Part shown: one piece after another, positions 11,350 to 24,660 of the stretch
Position numbering within the stretch: the first letter of the stretch is position 1
How the letters are laid out: every line of letters starts with the position of its first letter
Assembly (NCBI GenBank): GCA_973895155.1
Contig: OZ316899.1
Location: forward strand, 14,449,934-14,513,933
DNA length: 64,000 bases
Reading direction: 5' to 3'
Origin: Marsupella aquatica
Lineage: Eukaryota; Plantae; Marchantiophyta
Position numbers and translations under genes: made by a program
Notes under the pieces: generated by a model
Database searches by the model: none
What the model was told of the DNA's origin: nothing
Seen by the model: the letters and a program-made list of their open reading frames with translations, nothing else

Positions 11350-14300
11350 CCTTGGTGTTTGGGTGAGCCTTGCTGGTGGCAATTGGCTGGGGGCAATTGG
11401 CTGGGGCAAGAAAGGTGTTTCCGAATGCTACTTAAGGCTTGAGTTGCAGTCCATTGGGGTTCTATTGGTTTGGCTGTTGTTCTATTGTTTTGCTGTTTGT
11501 TGCTTGCTGTGGGTATTGGATTCGGTGTTGGTTTTGAGCTTTGTGTCTTGGGCCTTTGAGCACCGGGTCTTGTCGGTCCAGGCCCAAGTTTTTTGAGCTG
11601 GAATGCAACTAGTCAAGTAGCTAGTCAACTTTGGAGGTTTGTGAGCTAAGCAGGAGGGTTTTTCCATCAATTTTGATCAGACAACCACTCAAGGGGTTGA
11701 GCTTGACAAGTTAGAGGTAGCGGCCCATGTAGGGTCAGCTACCAGACTCTTGCAAGCAAGCCTACTTGAGGGCATCCATTGTAACCATTGAGAGAAAAGT
11801 AAAAAAAATAAAGGAGTGAGAGTTTGCTCCAAAAAGTGCTTGCCGCCTGTTCCCGTTGCAGCTAGAAATGCAAAGTTTACCCAAGGAGCCCCTAACTTCT
11901 AGTCCTTGCGACATTGGCAACCATACTAGGGATTCCTTGGGGCGATTGGTTGAGATGGGTGGCTATGACAAAGTCGACGGGATTTTGGGTATCGTCATGT
12001 CAATGATGAAAGCCATAAGGAAGGAAGAGCTTGAGGTAGAAAGGGCAAACAGAGAAGCAAATAGAACTACTCAATGTCTCTAGGAGGTTTTGAAAGAGAA
12101 TGGGCAATTTGATGGGAGGAATGTGACAAGCTACTTGAAGTCCTACTTGATAGAGGCCGTTGTCTACAAGTTGAACAAAGAGATGGCGGTGAAAGAGTTC
12201 ATGGTGCTGGTCGAGAAATCTGAGCTGAGTTTAACGGTAAGGACCATCATTGACTTGGCTGAGAGCTGGGAGGACTCTGATCAAAAGATGAAAGAGGAGT
12301 TCCAAGCGGAGGATGCTAATTGGGTCATGCAGGCTACCTTAACTTCTTGGATTGGGTGAATGATAGGAACAAGAAGCTGAAGGAGCCGCAAGAGCTTCTA
12401 AGGGAGTTCAAAAGGAGGGTGTCTCAGTTACCAAAGAGGGATGTGGGAATCATTGAGTTGCAATGCTTGACACTTTTCTTGAGGGCGATTGACGAGGACC
12501 TTTGAGAGGAGCTTGAGAACGCAATGGAGCTATTGGAACCTCAAGAGTTACCTTATCAAATGATTGGAACCAAGTTGAGAAAAAGGTGTTGAAAGTGAGC
12601 AATCATCATTGGAGGCAAGAGCTGGACAAGGAAGCAACCGCTCTCAACCTAAAGCCGTCCAAACCAGCATTAAGAAAAGGGAAGTGAGAACCAGTGAGGG
12701 AAGAGATCAAACCAACAGTGGATGATATTGCCAAAATGATGCAAAACCTGAAGATTTTGGCGGCACATGCCATTGAGAATCTGAAGCCGAGGGTTGCAAG
12801 TGCTCCCGAGAGAAAGCGAGAGATACAGAGTTGGCCATGTATGTGGTGCGACAGCAAGGAGCATGACAAGAGGGAGTGCCTGAACTTGAGGGAAGTTGCG
12901 GATAAGGGGCTGATCAAGGTCATCGGTGAGGTTGGTCATTTGCCAATACTGAGGAACCAATTTTGTTCAACTCCAACAAGGGAGGCATAAAGGCTTTGGC
13001 CGAGAAGCAAGTTGGGAAGCGAGTTGAAGAGGCATCCTCTTCACACTTGGAAGCAAATGTTTACAATGTGGAGACAGAGTGTCATCCTCATCCTCATGCG
13101 GGATACGCAAGATAAGGAAAGGAGGGTCAGATTTGAAGATGACAAATTAAGTGGGAAAGAGTCGGCTAAGGAGAAGCCAATCAGAAAGGATCCGGGATGG
13201 GTGCTAGGTAGGGATGTTGACCAGGCTATGTACCCGGAGGTTGTAGCTGAAAAGTTCTGGAGCCAACATGCTCAAGGGTTTACCAATGCTGAGTTCTTTG
13301 GCAGCATGAGGTGGGAGATCCAGGAAGCAATCTTGGAGAGATCCAAGAGAAAGCGCATTTACAAGGAGGGCCTCACACCTTGATGGGGGAGGCTGGCAAG
13401 TTGAAAATATGAAGTTTCCAAACCTATACTGCTGGGATGTCTGTGGGTTCCGGAAGGGAGCTTGGTGACTCCAAAGAGTCAAGCTTGGGGAAGCCAAAGA
13501 GGGTCAAGACCCTAAGAAGGAAGCCCATGGGCTGTGATGAGTTCATGGATTCCTATTGTGAGTTTGTGGACTCAAATGATGGGTTCTTTGATGCGGAAGC
13601 AGAGCTCATGGGGACCAAAAGCAAAGTTGGGTCCGTGACAAACAGGGAGCTGGTTGAGGAGGAAAAGCGAGAGGGCACTACTGCGCAATCAAGAACCATT
13701 CATGTCATGGGCTTGATGAAAGGGAGCGGCTATGCTTACAGAGATGGATACTGGGCTTGAGCAAGTTTGGAGAGTGAGCTAGTGTCAGCTAGAAGAAATG
13801 GAAGGGAAAGTGTGAGCTCTCATTGATACCGGTTTGAAGATTAACTTAATGGATCCAAAGGTGTTTCAAAAAGGGAATTGGCCAGTGGACAATGAGTTGC
13901 TTTGGAGTATGAATTTGGTGAGCTCGATGAATTTGGTGAGGACTATCTTCGGGGTGGGTGTCCAAATGTGATGGTAAAGTTTGGAAATGTCAAGCAGGCT
14001 TGTAACATTTTTGTTCACGAGCTCTTGTCATTTCCGGTGATACTGGGCATGCCGTTCATTATTGAATGGAGGATGGAGACAAAGGTTCTTGATGACACCA
14101 CCTTCATGCATGGTGAAGGTTTGAAGCAAAGATGGCAAGGAGGTGGTTCAGTTTTTGGCTATTCTACCTGGGAATGAGAGGGACAACAGGGTTGAGGACT
14201 AAGAGTGCTGACTTTGGTCCAGGTTCAAAAAACAATATGGCACTTCACTGAAAAGAGTGGACTGTCTGGCAAAGTGCTCGTTCATTAGCTCCACATGTGG

Positions 14301-15902
14301 AAGGAGACACGATGGATAATGGAGAGGATGAGCCACTCGAAGGTGTAGAGTCTAACTTGGAAAGGGACAAGCTGGAGGTAGAGTTGGAAAGGCAGTACTC
14401 ATCTATATATGGCCGTGCTTGTATACTTGGATACCAAATACAAGACGGTTGACAAGAAGGTGAAGCCGGCAGCAATGCCTTTGCAGGATGATGCCTGCAA
14501 TGGAGGTTATGGATCGAGCAAGATTGGAACCGAGGCTGAGGCCAACTGATTGGATAGGGCATAAGTTTACTCAAGAGAGTTTGTCAAAGCTTAAGATTGG
14601 TTTGGATGGGTTATTTACTGAGGTGAAACAAGTAGCATTTCAAAACATGATAATGGAGCATGGCAAGGCTAAGGAACAAGGCCAGGTTTGACAAGACTCA
14701 TCGGTTGAGGCCTGTTTTGGTTAAGGAAGGGGATTGGGTTCTGATTTATGAGAGTAAGTTGGACAAGCAACACTTGAGCACAAACAAGTTTGCTCGAAGG
14801 TGGCAAGGTCCGTATGTGGTGGTTGTTGTTCATTTGAATGCGACCTATACTATTTGAGAGCTGGATGGAACTGTTCACCAAGTACCTTACGCAGGGAAGA
14901 GGGTGAAGATCTTCAAGAGGAGGACCGAGAAAGGGATGGACTCAAGTTCCAACTTGAGTGAGTTTGAAGATGAGGCACTGGTCCATGCGCATCCAATGGA
15001 CTTGAGTTTCAAAAGGGAAGAGACTAATTTGGATTTGGATGAGTTGGACTTTGAGTTTCTTGAAAGTGGAGTGCCTAAGGCTGAGTTTGAAGGCTTCGGT
15101 TTTCAGTTTCTTGAGGGGAAAGTGGTCTAGGCAAATGGTTCGAGTTCTGATTCTAACTTAGAGAAATCTGATAGATTGGAGCAGATCGGAGGCTGTTCAG
15201 GTTTTGTAGGGGAGGATGTTGTGCCAAAACATTTTGGCAATGGAATGTCCCTTTATAGTGGCTGATGGGGAAGCCATTGTTGGTCAGTTGCGGGTATGCT
15301 AACTCGGACAGGTTGCTTGTTTAGATGGGATAAGGCTTGGTGTTTGGGTGAGCCTTGTTGGTGGCAACTGGCTGGGGGCAACTGGTTGGGGGGAGAAAGG
15401 TGTTTCCGGATGCTACTTAAGGCTTGAGCTGCGGCTCATTGGGGTTCTGTTGGTTTGGCTGTTGTTCTGTTGTTCTGTTGTTTGTTGCTCGTTGCAGGTT
15501 CTGGATTTGGTGTCGGTTTTGAGCTTTGTGTCTTGGGCCTTCAAGCATCGGGTCTCATTGGTCTAGACCCCAGTTTTTTGTAAGCTAGAATGCGACTAGT
15601 CAAGTCGTTAGTCAGTTTTGGAGGTTTTGTGAGCTAAGGAGGAGGGTTTTTCCGTCAGTTTTGATCAAACAACCACTCGAGGGATTGAGCTTGACAAGTT
15701 AGAGGTAGCGGCCGGCTGTAGGGTCAGCTACCAGACTCTTGCAAGCAAGCCTACTTGAGGGCATCCATTGTAACCATTGAGAGAAAAGTAAAAGAAATTA
15801 AGGAGTGAGAGTTTGCTCCAAAAAGTGTTTGTTGCCTATTCCAGTTGCAGCCAGAAATGCAAAGTTTACCCGAGGAGCCCCTTACTTCTAGTCCTTGCAA
15901 CA
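11350..15902 (+). mobile_element. Internally deleted Ty3/Gypsy LTR retrotransposon (non-autonomous)
   Basis: 5'-truncated 5' LTR 11350-11913; PBS-like tggcaaccatactaggga 11915-11932; decayed gag (CMWCDSKEHDKREC); protease LIDTG at ~13820; deletion to the integrase C-terminus (RWQGPY); PPT aggggagga 15208-15216; 3' LTR 15217-15902 TGTTG...CAACA. Confidence 0.85.
15217..15902 (+). repeat. 3' LTR (686 bp); its 3' ~565 bp is duplicated at 11350-11913
   Basis: TGTTG/CAACA termini, preceded by a PPT; direct repeat seen. Confidence 0.85.
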
Positions 15903-15904
15903 AT

Positions 15905-17923
15905 GGTCAGCTGGTGATGGATAGGTACGAGGGGGAACCCGGGCAGCGCCCAAGGAAGGAGCTATTTTGGACAAACACTGGGCATCGGTTCTGGTTCCGG
16001 CTTATGGCATTAGGAGGACCTATCACTGACCTACTTACCAATGTCTGTTGAGGTTGAGTTAGGATGCTACACTTGGGAGACCTAGATCCTGAAGGGTTAC
16101 TTACTGAGATGCTTTGTTGCTTGTGCAGATAGTGAGGACCGTTGAGTAGCGATCATGTTTAAGGGCAAGTGTGGCTTTGTATGGGAGGGGACGTTGGTGG
16201 GGCAAGGGGCACTAAGTTGCTTGCTCAAGGTATTCCGTGGAGGCATTTGGGCACTAGGGGCACTCAGGCTGGGTGTTGGGATTGGTGAGGGTGCTGGGTG
16301 GCAAGGTCCACCACTACACTTAGCTTCGACATCGCTGACTCCAACGTCAACCTCCCTTATGGTCCAGGCCCGGATAGGCCATCCGAGGAGGACTTAGTAT
16401 GGGGAGACTTGTGGGCAATGAGACATGGCATTGGCGAAGGCAAGGCGCCAAGCTGGTGACACGCACTAAGGACTTAGATTGGCTGAGAGCTGGTTGGGTC
16501 AAGGGGAAAAGGACCGGGATCAAGGTTGACCGTCTGGACCCCCAGACGGACTTTGAATTATGAGGGCTTGAGTGAGAGCTCATCTCGGGCCCAAGGCCAA
16601 TAGAGTTGACGCCATGGGCAACGGACGCTTTGGGGCGCGAGTGATGGCCCGATCCAGGTTTGGCCAATCAAGGGCCCCAAGCAGAAATGAGATACAAGGG
16701 CCTAGGCATGAGCCTTGGGTTGGCCCAATCGCAATGGGCTAAGGCACTCCGCTTGCGGATGCCTAACTAGGAAATTATGGGCGTTGCTAGTTGGTGGCGC
16801 GCCAAGACATGCGGGATAGTTGGGGGCTAAAAGTTTGGGGACCAAATTGGTCCGGGGGTGACAGGTCTCCAGAAGCATGTATGAGGGGGAGTGGTGTCTT
16901 CCTGGGGGCTAAGGGTGAGCCAAAGTCGTGAGCCGCGGTGGTCGCAACACTAAGGGAAAATACCAAATGGAAACGACAATAACTTCCCAATGGGAAGTCC
17001 ATTGGGGGACTTCTTGGGTGCGTTGGAAATCTCTAAACAAGGGCTACATCCTCTTGGGCTCAACTAGGTTTGGGGGCACCATAGGTTCTTGAGGTTTGCG
17101 GGTGCTATCTCGCCCATTTGCCAAATCCTGTCAAAATAGCAGCCAAGCCGTGTTCAATCTCTCAAGGGAGCTTGTGTTGGGGAGGCAAGGCCAAGTAGGC
17201 GTGGAGGTTGAGTTCCAAGGGCACTTGGCCCCTAGACCATGAGTGGGGCGAGAACCAGGAGTTAGTTGCTAAAGTAGGGGACATCCTAGTCCCGGCGTGT
17301 AGGGACAAGCTTTAGGACAAGCTACACTATTTGGGCCATGAGCATGTCCTGGGGGCAGGGCAGTCAATTGGTGATGGATAGGTACGAGGGGGAACCTGGG
17401 CTGCGCCCAAGGAAGGAGTTGTTATGGATGAACAGTGGGCATTGGTTCTGGTTCCGGCTTATGGCATTGGGAGGACCTATCACTGACCTACTTACCAATG
17501 TCTATTGAGCTTGCGTTGGGATGCTAGACTTGGGAGATCATGCCTAGGCCCTCAGGTCTCATCGCCGCTCGGGGCCCTTGATCAGCCAAACCTGGATTGG
17601 GCCATAACTTGCGCCCCAAGCGTCCGTTGCGCATGGAGTCAACTCCATTGACCTTGGACCCAAGAGGAGCTCTCACTCAAGCCCTCAAAACCCTCAAAAC
17701 TCAAAGTCCGTCCGGGGGTCCGGACAGTTGACATTGAGCCCGGCCCTTTCCCCCCCAACCCGACCAGCTCTCAGCTAGTCTAAGTCTTTAGCGTGTGTCA
17801 CCAGCTTTGCGCCTTGCCTTCGCCAGTGCCACGTCCCACATGCTAAGTCCTCCCCGGATGGCCTATCCGGGCCTGGACCATAAGGGAGCTTGGCGTCGGA
17901 GTCAGCGATGCCGGAGCTAAGTG
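15905..17923. repeat. Repeat block: direct pair A (15905-16080 / 17365-17538) and inverted pair B (16316-16678 / 17571-17923)
   Basis: ggtgatggataggtacgagggggaacc occurs twice in the same orientation; cttatggtccaggcccggataggccatcc occurs reverse-complemented near 17855-17885. Confidence 0.8.
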
Positions 17924-18096
17924 TTAAGGTAGTTGCGTTTCGCAACAACCTTCCTCATACAACCCGCAAGGGGTCCAGCCATTGACAATGGTTTGGGTCC
18001 ATTGACGCAAGACCAACGACTCATTTATGAAAAGTTGGAACACAACAAGGGGGCCCAGATTAAGTACTTACTTAGTCTGGGTAGTTAGAGTGTGAC

Positions 18097-18970
18097 GTGT
18101 CCCAAGGGGGGAATGGTAGTTGGATGGAGTATTTCCAAGTGAACCAGCTACCGACTCCTCCAACTTACGACGGGGGCTACAAACAAAGTGGACAAAAGTT
18201 CTTGAGTTGGCTCTCCACGATGGAGATTCATCTCCAAGCGTGGGTTGAGCATTCCACTTGGACTACCGCAGCCACTCCTTACCTAAAGGACTATGCCTTG
18301 ACTTGGTACAAGTCTTGGAGGAAGTCGCAAGAGGACTCCTCCCTGCCGTTAACTTGGGAAAACCTGGTTGAGGGTCTCCGTGCTTATGTCACTACTAAGT
18401 ACCCACTGCGACACGCTCAGAAATGTGTAACGGAGATGAGCTTCAGGGGTGATATCCACAAGTTTATCACTTATTACTAGAATCAGTTGGTGTGTATCCC
18501 GGTGGGGCAAGAGACCCTACATACGCAACTTCACAACTTTATAGTGAAGCTCCCATCGTTGCTCAGGGAAAAGTTACAGGAAAAGCGTCATGAGTTTAAA
18601 ATGCTTTCTAACGCCTTTGACAAAGCCACTACGTTAGTGAATAACTGGCCGGACTTGGCGAAGGTGGGCGAAAAGGTATCCGAGGGGGAAGCTAGGAAAG
18701 CAAAAGGTCCCAGAAACAAGCGTAAGCAGCCTGAGGGGGCGGGGGCCGGTGGTTCGGATCCTCTACCCCAAATGGAGAAGCAAAGCGCAACCGGAAGGCC
18801 AACAACTTCAAGAAAGGAACCTCATTGGCACGAAAAGCGAAGATGCAGGCGCTCATGGAGCAAAGGTTGGCTGAAGTTTTGTGCTATGTGGCGCCATGGG
18901 TCATCAAAGTAAGGATTGTCCCATGAAAGGTGGCAAGTCGAGCGGAGATGGGGGGCAGAAGGGCGTTAAG
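18097..18970 (+). pseudogene. gag-like gene (capsid-like region plus degenerate knuckle), cut by the CACTA end
   Basis: PTYDG..FLSWL..YLKDYALTWY..TW..L gag pattern; stops/frameshift; paralog of 10345-11100. Confidence 0.75.
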
Positions 18971-20199
18971 GTACACTAGAAGAAAACCTGTGTTTTACTA
19001 TAGGCCTTGCAACTACTTTGCCTAAACAACTCATACGTGGTGCCAACCACTATTTTTTAATGGGTTATAATAATCTGCATTTTATGACTCTACTTAGAAC
19101 TATGTTACCTTAATCACTGATTACAACTCTCTTTTTTCCCACTAAAACTTAGATCACTTGAATTAGAGTTGTATATTACACAAATTTGCAAATCACTACA
19201 ATCCACCATCCACTACACCGTCGATGTTTACAACTCTATTTTCAACTAGGATTTTACCACTGGCCAAAACCACTACAAATACAAGTACCACCAATATTTG
19301 AATGGTAAAGGTTCATTTTTAATCAACTCCCAATCAAGTGAATCTTTTCCAAGTGATCTTAATTACTTAAAATAATGTCACTTGTGAGCACACCTTTTGT
19401 TACTATAAATATCACCAATAGTGGAGTCATAAATGAATTTTGGCAAAATCTCTTAAAATATTTTAGTGACAAGGAATTCTTACAAACAACTTAAGATTGA
19501 GTGAATTAATTGTCATTGTCCAAAATCTCTTTCAATAAAGTCATTATTATCACAAATTGTACGACTACAAATGCCACTAATATTAGAGTCCATTAAATAT
19601 TATTTGATGCAACTTCAAACCAAATGCCACATCCTCCTTAGTCCAAAAACACTCTAAAGAATGTCATTCTCTTCACACATTTTAGTGACTCCAAATGCCA
19701 CTAAGAGTAGAGTGTCAATGCAGGGCCTTGCAAATGACTTGAAATGAAGTAGATCATTTTCCATTCTCAGAAATCACTATGAATAATGTCATTCTTTAAA
19801 TACATTTTGCAACTACAAATGCCACCAACATTAAAGTGTCAAAACCTCTGGGCCCTCACTCCGTGTAAAAGAAGTGGACCCCCTATGATCCGGCCCTTTT
19901 CCTGTTTACCCCTTGTTATTTCCATTTTACTATTAAAAGTTCCCTTATTATCGGTAATAGTTATAACTATTAGTTCAAAATGAACAAAAATTACCCTTCG
20001 AGCGTTCACACGTCCTCCACGTATTAGTTAAGAATGAGGGCCCAGGGGTCAAAACAGTTTTGACAAATGACTGAAAATTGAATGGATTATTTTGTGATGT
20101 CCAAAACCTCTCCCAATGATGTCATTATCAACACACATTTTCAGTCAAGATATGCATGCCACCGGAATTAAAGCAACAAACAAATTATTTTTTATAGAT

Positions 20200-22160
20200 T
20201 GTACCCAAACCACTACAGAACATGTGGTTTGAGAGTTTTGGGCACCTGTCACTTGAAATACCACCATGTTTTGAGTTGGCACACGTGATGGGGGTGTCCC
20301 ATGGCTTCACCATGGGGGCTAACACAAAGGAATTGTTATGGCGGCGGGCCCAACCCTCCTCCTTTAATCGTGGCCCTCCGAGAATTACGGCAAGGTGGAT
20401 CCACTTCTCATTATCCATTGTAAGTTTGTCACTCCTGAAACCACTCAAAACAATGTGCTTCAAAGCCCTCATTTCTAGCTACTAACATTGTCACTTAAGC
20501 TGGGGTGGTACATCACGCATCCTTCTAAACAACTTCTCATGAAATGGTAGTCCTAGGGTGATTGTTGTTCCCAAACCACTACAAATGAGGTGGTTTTATG
20601 GTTTAGGGCAAATGCAACTTAAGATACCACCTTTATTTGAGTTGAGAAGTAAATTGGGTGCGAACACTTGCAATGAAGTGTATTTATATGTACACGCCCA
20701 ATTGACTTGAAAAAAGGTCCTCTCATGCCCTCGCCTTTTGGCGACTACAAATTGCACCCATATTTGAGTGATGCAACACACTTTAGTGTGATCCCAAACC
20801 ATGAACTAGTGCTAAAAGGAGTGAATTGTGTGGACACATCACATAAGCCCCATATTTGTAATTCGGTAGAGTCTTGGAGTGATTTGTGTGGAGTTCATGA
20901 TGTTCCATCACTTATGTGTCTCAAATCTCTCCACCTTGGCATTTTATGCGTCAAACCTCATTGTTGTTGGTATAACTAGTTGGCACACGTGATGGGGGTG
21001 TAGCACGGCCTCACCTTGGGGGGGCTAACACGGTGGAATTATTATGGCGGTGGGCGCAACCCTCCTCCTTTAATCGTGGCCCTCTGAGAATTGCTGCAAG
21101 GTGGATCCACTTCTCATTATCCATTGTAAATTTGTCACTCCGCAAATCACTAAAAACTATGTTCTTGAAAGCCCTCAAGTTCTCGACTAACACTAGCACT
21201 CAAGCTGGGGTGGTACATCAAGCTGGGGTGGTACATCAAGCATCCCTCTAAACAACTTCTCATGAAGTGGTAGTCCGAGGGTGATTGTTATTCCCGAACC
21301 ACTACAAATGAGGTGGTTTTAGGGCTTAGGGCAAATGCAACTCAAGATACCATGGTTATTTGAGTTGAGAAGTAATTTGGGTGCGAACACTTGCAATGAA
21401 GTGCATTTTTAAGTACCAGCCGAAAGCACTTGACATAAGGTCAATTCAGGCCCTCGCCTTTTGGCCACTACAAATTGCACCCATATTTGAGTCATGCAAC
21501 ACACTTTGGTGCGACCACTTCCCATGAACTAGTGCTAAAAGGAGTGAATTGTGTGGACGCATCACATAAGCTCCATATTTATAATTCCATAGTCTTGGAG
21601 TGATTTGTGTGGAGTTCATGGTTCCATCACTTCTGTGCCTCAAATCTGTCCACCTTGGCATTTTATGCGTCACAACCTCATTGTTGTTGGTATAACTAGT
21701 TGGCACACGTGATGGGCGTGTTGCACGGCCTCACCATGGGAAGGCTAACACGGTGGAATTGTTATGGCGGCAGGCCCTACCCTCCTCCTTTAATCATGGC
21801 CCTCTGAGAATTGCTGCAAGGTGGATCCACTTCTCATTATCCATTGTAAGTTTGTCACTCCAAATCACTAAAAATGTTGTCTTTCAAAGCCCTCATTTCT
21901 AGCCACTAACACTATCACTCAAGCTGGGGGGTACATCACGCATCCCTCTAAACAACTTGTCATGAAGGGGTAGTCCTAGGGTGTGTTGTTCCAAAACCAC
22001 TACAAATGAGGTGGTTTTAGGGTTTAGGGCAAATGCAACTCAAGATACCACGGTTACTTGAGTTGAGAAGTAAATTGGGTGCGAACACTTGCAATCAAGT
22101 GCATATCTATGTACCTGCCCAATCAACTGGAAAGAAGGTCCCTTCAAGCCCTTGCCTTTT
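20200..22160. repeat. ~710-bp tandem repeat, ~2.7 copies, with diverged ~360-bp subunits
   Basis: gttggcacacgtgatggg at ~20276, ~20979 and ~21700; accactaca motif recurs. Confidence 0.9.
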
Positions 22161-24574
22161 TGCAACTCCTTGTTGGGACTGGCAAAAGTACTTGGAGTGC
22201 GGTGATTTTCCGGAGTGCGAGGCATTAAATTGCCAAAGAATTTTAGGCAATGGTGCCAAGGGTAATTAAACATAGACAAAACTAAAACAACATCCTGGCC
22301 GGAACAGGGTTTAGGGTACATGGAAGCTTGGGGTTTCAGGACACTCAGCGTATCTCTCAAGGGAGTGTCATAGAAAATGTATTTTGTAGCTCCACTAGCA
22401 TTAATTCTCAAGCTTTGTATGATTTACACACTTTGAAGGAGTAAGTAAGGTATTCAAATTGGCAATAGACAAAAAGTGATTTACATAGGGTACTCTAGAA
22501 ATGAAAATGTGGGTTTAGGACTCACATGGATCATGTTTCTCACTTAAAAAGTGTGTCTTGCGAGAAATTAAATTCTTACTACCCAAGTAATGATACCACC
22601 TAGGTAACATTGTTGGTGGCATATTGGAAGTTTCTCATTTTTTTCTTTACTTTGAAAAAGCCAGGTTGTCATGACTTAGCACTTATTTTTAGGGGTTAGA
22701 CTAGGGGCAACGCCGGGTTGAAACTACATTACAAAAAAACTTGAATTGGGGTGTGAGTGGGTTGGATTTATAACATATGGGATGGCCTAGGGGCTTGGGG
22801 TGTAAATGTAGACACTTTTAAGGAGAGGCAATAGAGGCCTTGGGTTAACATCAAATGCCCCCACATTGATGGCTGAGATCGCTCAGGGCAATCTCCCTTC
22901 ATCCAATGGCTGAGATCACCCTAGGTGCTTCCATGTCAGAGTAAGAAAGTAAGGGTTTGCACCAAATGGCTATTTGCACCCGCCTTACCGTGGATGAAGA
23001 GTTGCATTTCACTTTTCCAAGAAAATATCGAGGCAAAATGCTGAATGTTGTGGTTACTCTCTAGCACAAAGGGTTTGGGAGACAAGAGTGCAGGGGTTTA
23101 GCAAGGTTGCACTACGTTTATTTGCCTCCAGAGCTATGGAGTAGGCTACATGGATTGAGTTTGTGGAGTGCAAAGCTACGGGAGTGAATGTGGGCATGGT
23201 GCGCTGGAGTTAGTGCTGCAATCAAGGCTCGTGGCTTTTTTCTGAAGTGGAGTGCAGAGCTGCACGGCTGAGCTACGAGAGTGCAAAGCTGCAAGAGCAC
23301 GGAGCTGTGGGAGTGCGGGAGTGCGGGAGTGCGGAGTGCAGGAGTGGCAAGAGCTGCAAAGCTGGAGAGCCACACATTGCGATTCAGTGCAAAGCGATTG
23401 AGTGCGGAGCTGTGATTTAGCCGTAGCCTGTTGGAGCTCAAACAGAGGAGGCAATGTCAGGTTTTGATCTCTAACATAGGCTGAATGTGCGCACATCTAT
23501 AGACAGGAGTATTGCTTTCAGAAAACATGAATTAGTGCCTTTCAGTTTGACTTTTGGCTGGGCTGCTGCTGCTACTTTGGGCAACTGAGATGCGACCTGC
23601 AGTTTGAAGAGGCATTTAGGGTAGCTCTTGCTGGTGCTGATTAATCAAGTGTGATTGTCTTGTTTAGAATCAGTGAGCTCAAATGCTATTGCACGTCTAA
23701 GGAATTTCATGGTAAGGCTTCCAAGCGGTTGACCTCCCAGGATGTGCGATGGCAGAGCTGTTACAGCTGGACTTGAGTTGTGAGAGTTGTGAATGCTCGT
23801 TGGGAGGTTGGCCGCCTGGCTTTGCTTGGCTTTTGTTGGTGCATTTGTTTTTGATTTTGCTTGGAAAACCTATGCTAGAGTCTGTGACTTGTTAGCTTTT
23901 GAAGGCGTGCATCGGGAACCTGTTTGGAAGTTGGAGCAATCTTCTCTCTAGGCTGATGGTTACTGTGGAGCAAAGTTCTGTTATTGAGGCAACTATGAGG
24001 CAACTGAGTGCATTTGTCATGGTATTGTTATGGATATAAGTGCTTGAGGCATGGACAAGACTATTTCTGGGAGTATCAAGTTTGCGTCTTTCTTTTCTGG
24101 CTGGTTTCTTGCATGTGCGCTGTTAGCCGGAGGAAGGAGCTTTCTAGTATACACATTGGCAGGGATTCTTTTTGTTTCAGCCTAAGAGATTGTTGTTTTC
24201 TCTCCGTGATGTAGCCTGGAGTTGGAGGACTTTTGGAGATCTTCTACGGAAGACAATAATGATTTGAGGCCTATGCAGTGCTTTGAGTGTTACTCTCAAC
24301 TTTGGATGAGTCTTACGGGGGGGGGGGGGACTTTGGAGAACTATTCTCCCACTTTGCTCTCTCCTTAAGACTCTGCGCTAAGATTTTTAGAAATGATTGC
24401 TGATGGTGTGAAGTAGGACTGTATCCCTGCCCCGTAGATTTGGATTGTTGGGTTGTCTTGGTTTTGTTTACTACTGCTAAAGTCAAGCATCATTTGGCTA
24501 TGGAGAGATTGGAAGCGTGCAATGAAGATGGGAGAACTTGCAATGGGGAAGGAATTTGGCTATTGATTGTTTAG

Positions 24575-24660
24575 GCTCGTCGCCTCCCGAATGAGATCAT
24601 CTGTCACATATTTCAATAATTGTCGCTCCATTGTAGTTGCTTGAATTCTTTGACCCATGG
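24575..24660 (+). pseudogene. F-box motif remnant
   Basis: Manual translation ARRLPNEIICHIFQ*LSL. Confidence 0.35.

Noticed and set aside
23100-23500. ORFs 23118-23441 and 23176-23496
   Set aside because: They arise from low-complexity GGAGTGC repeats; no domain recognised.
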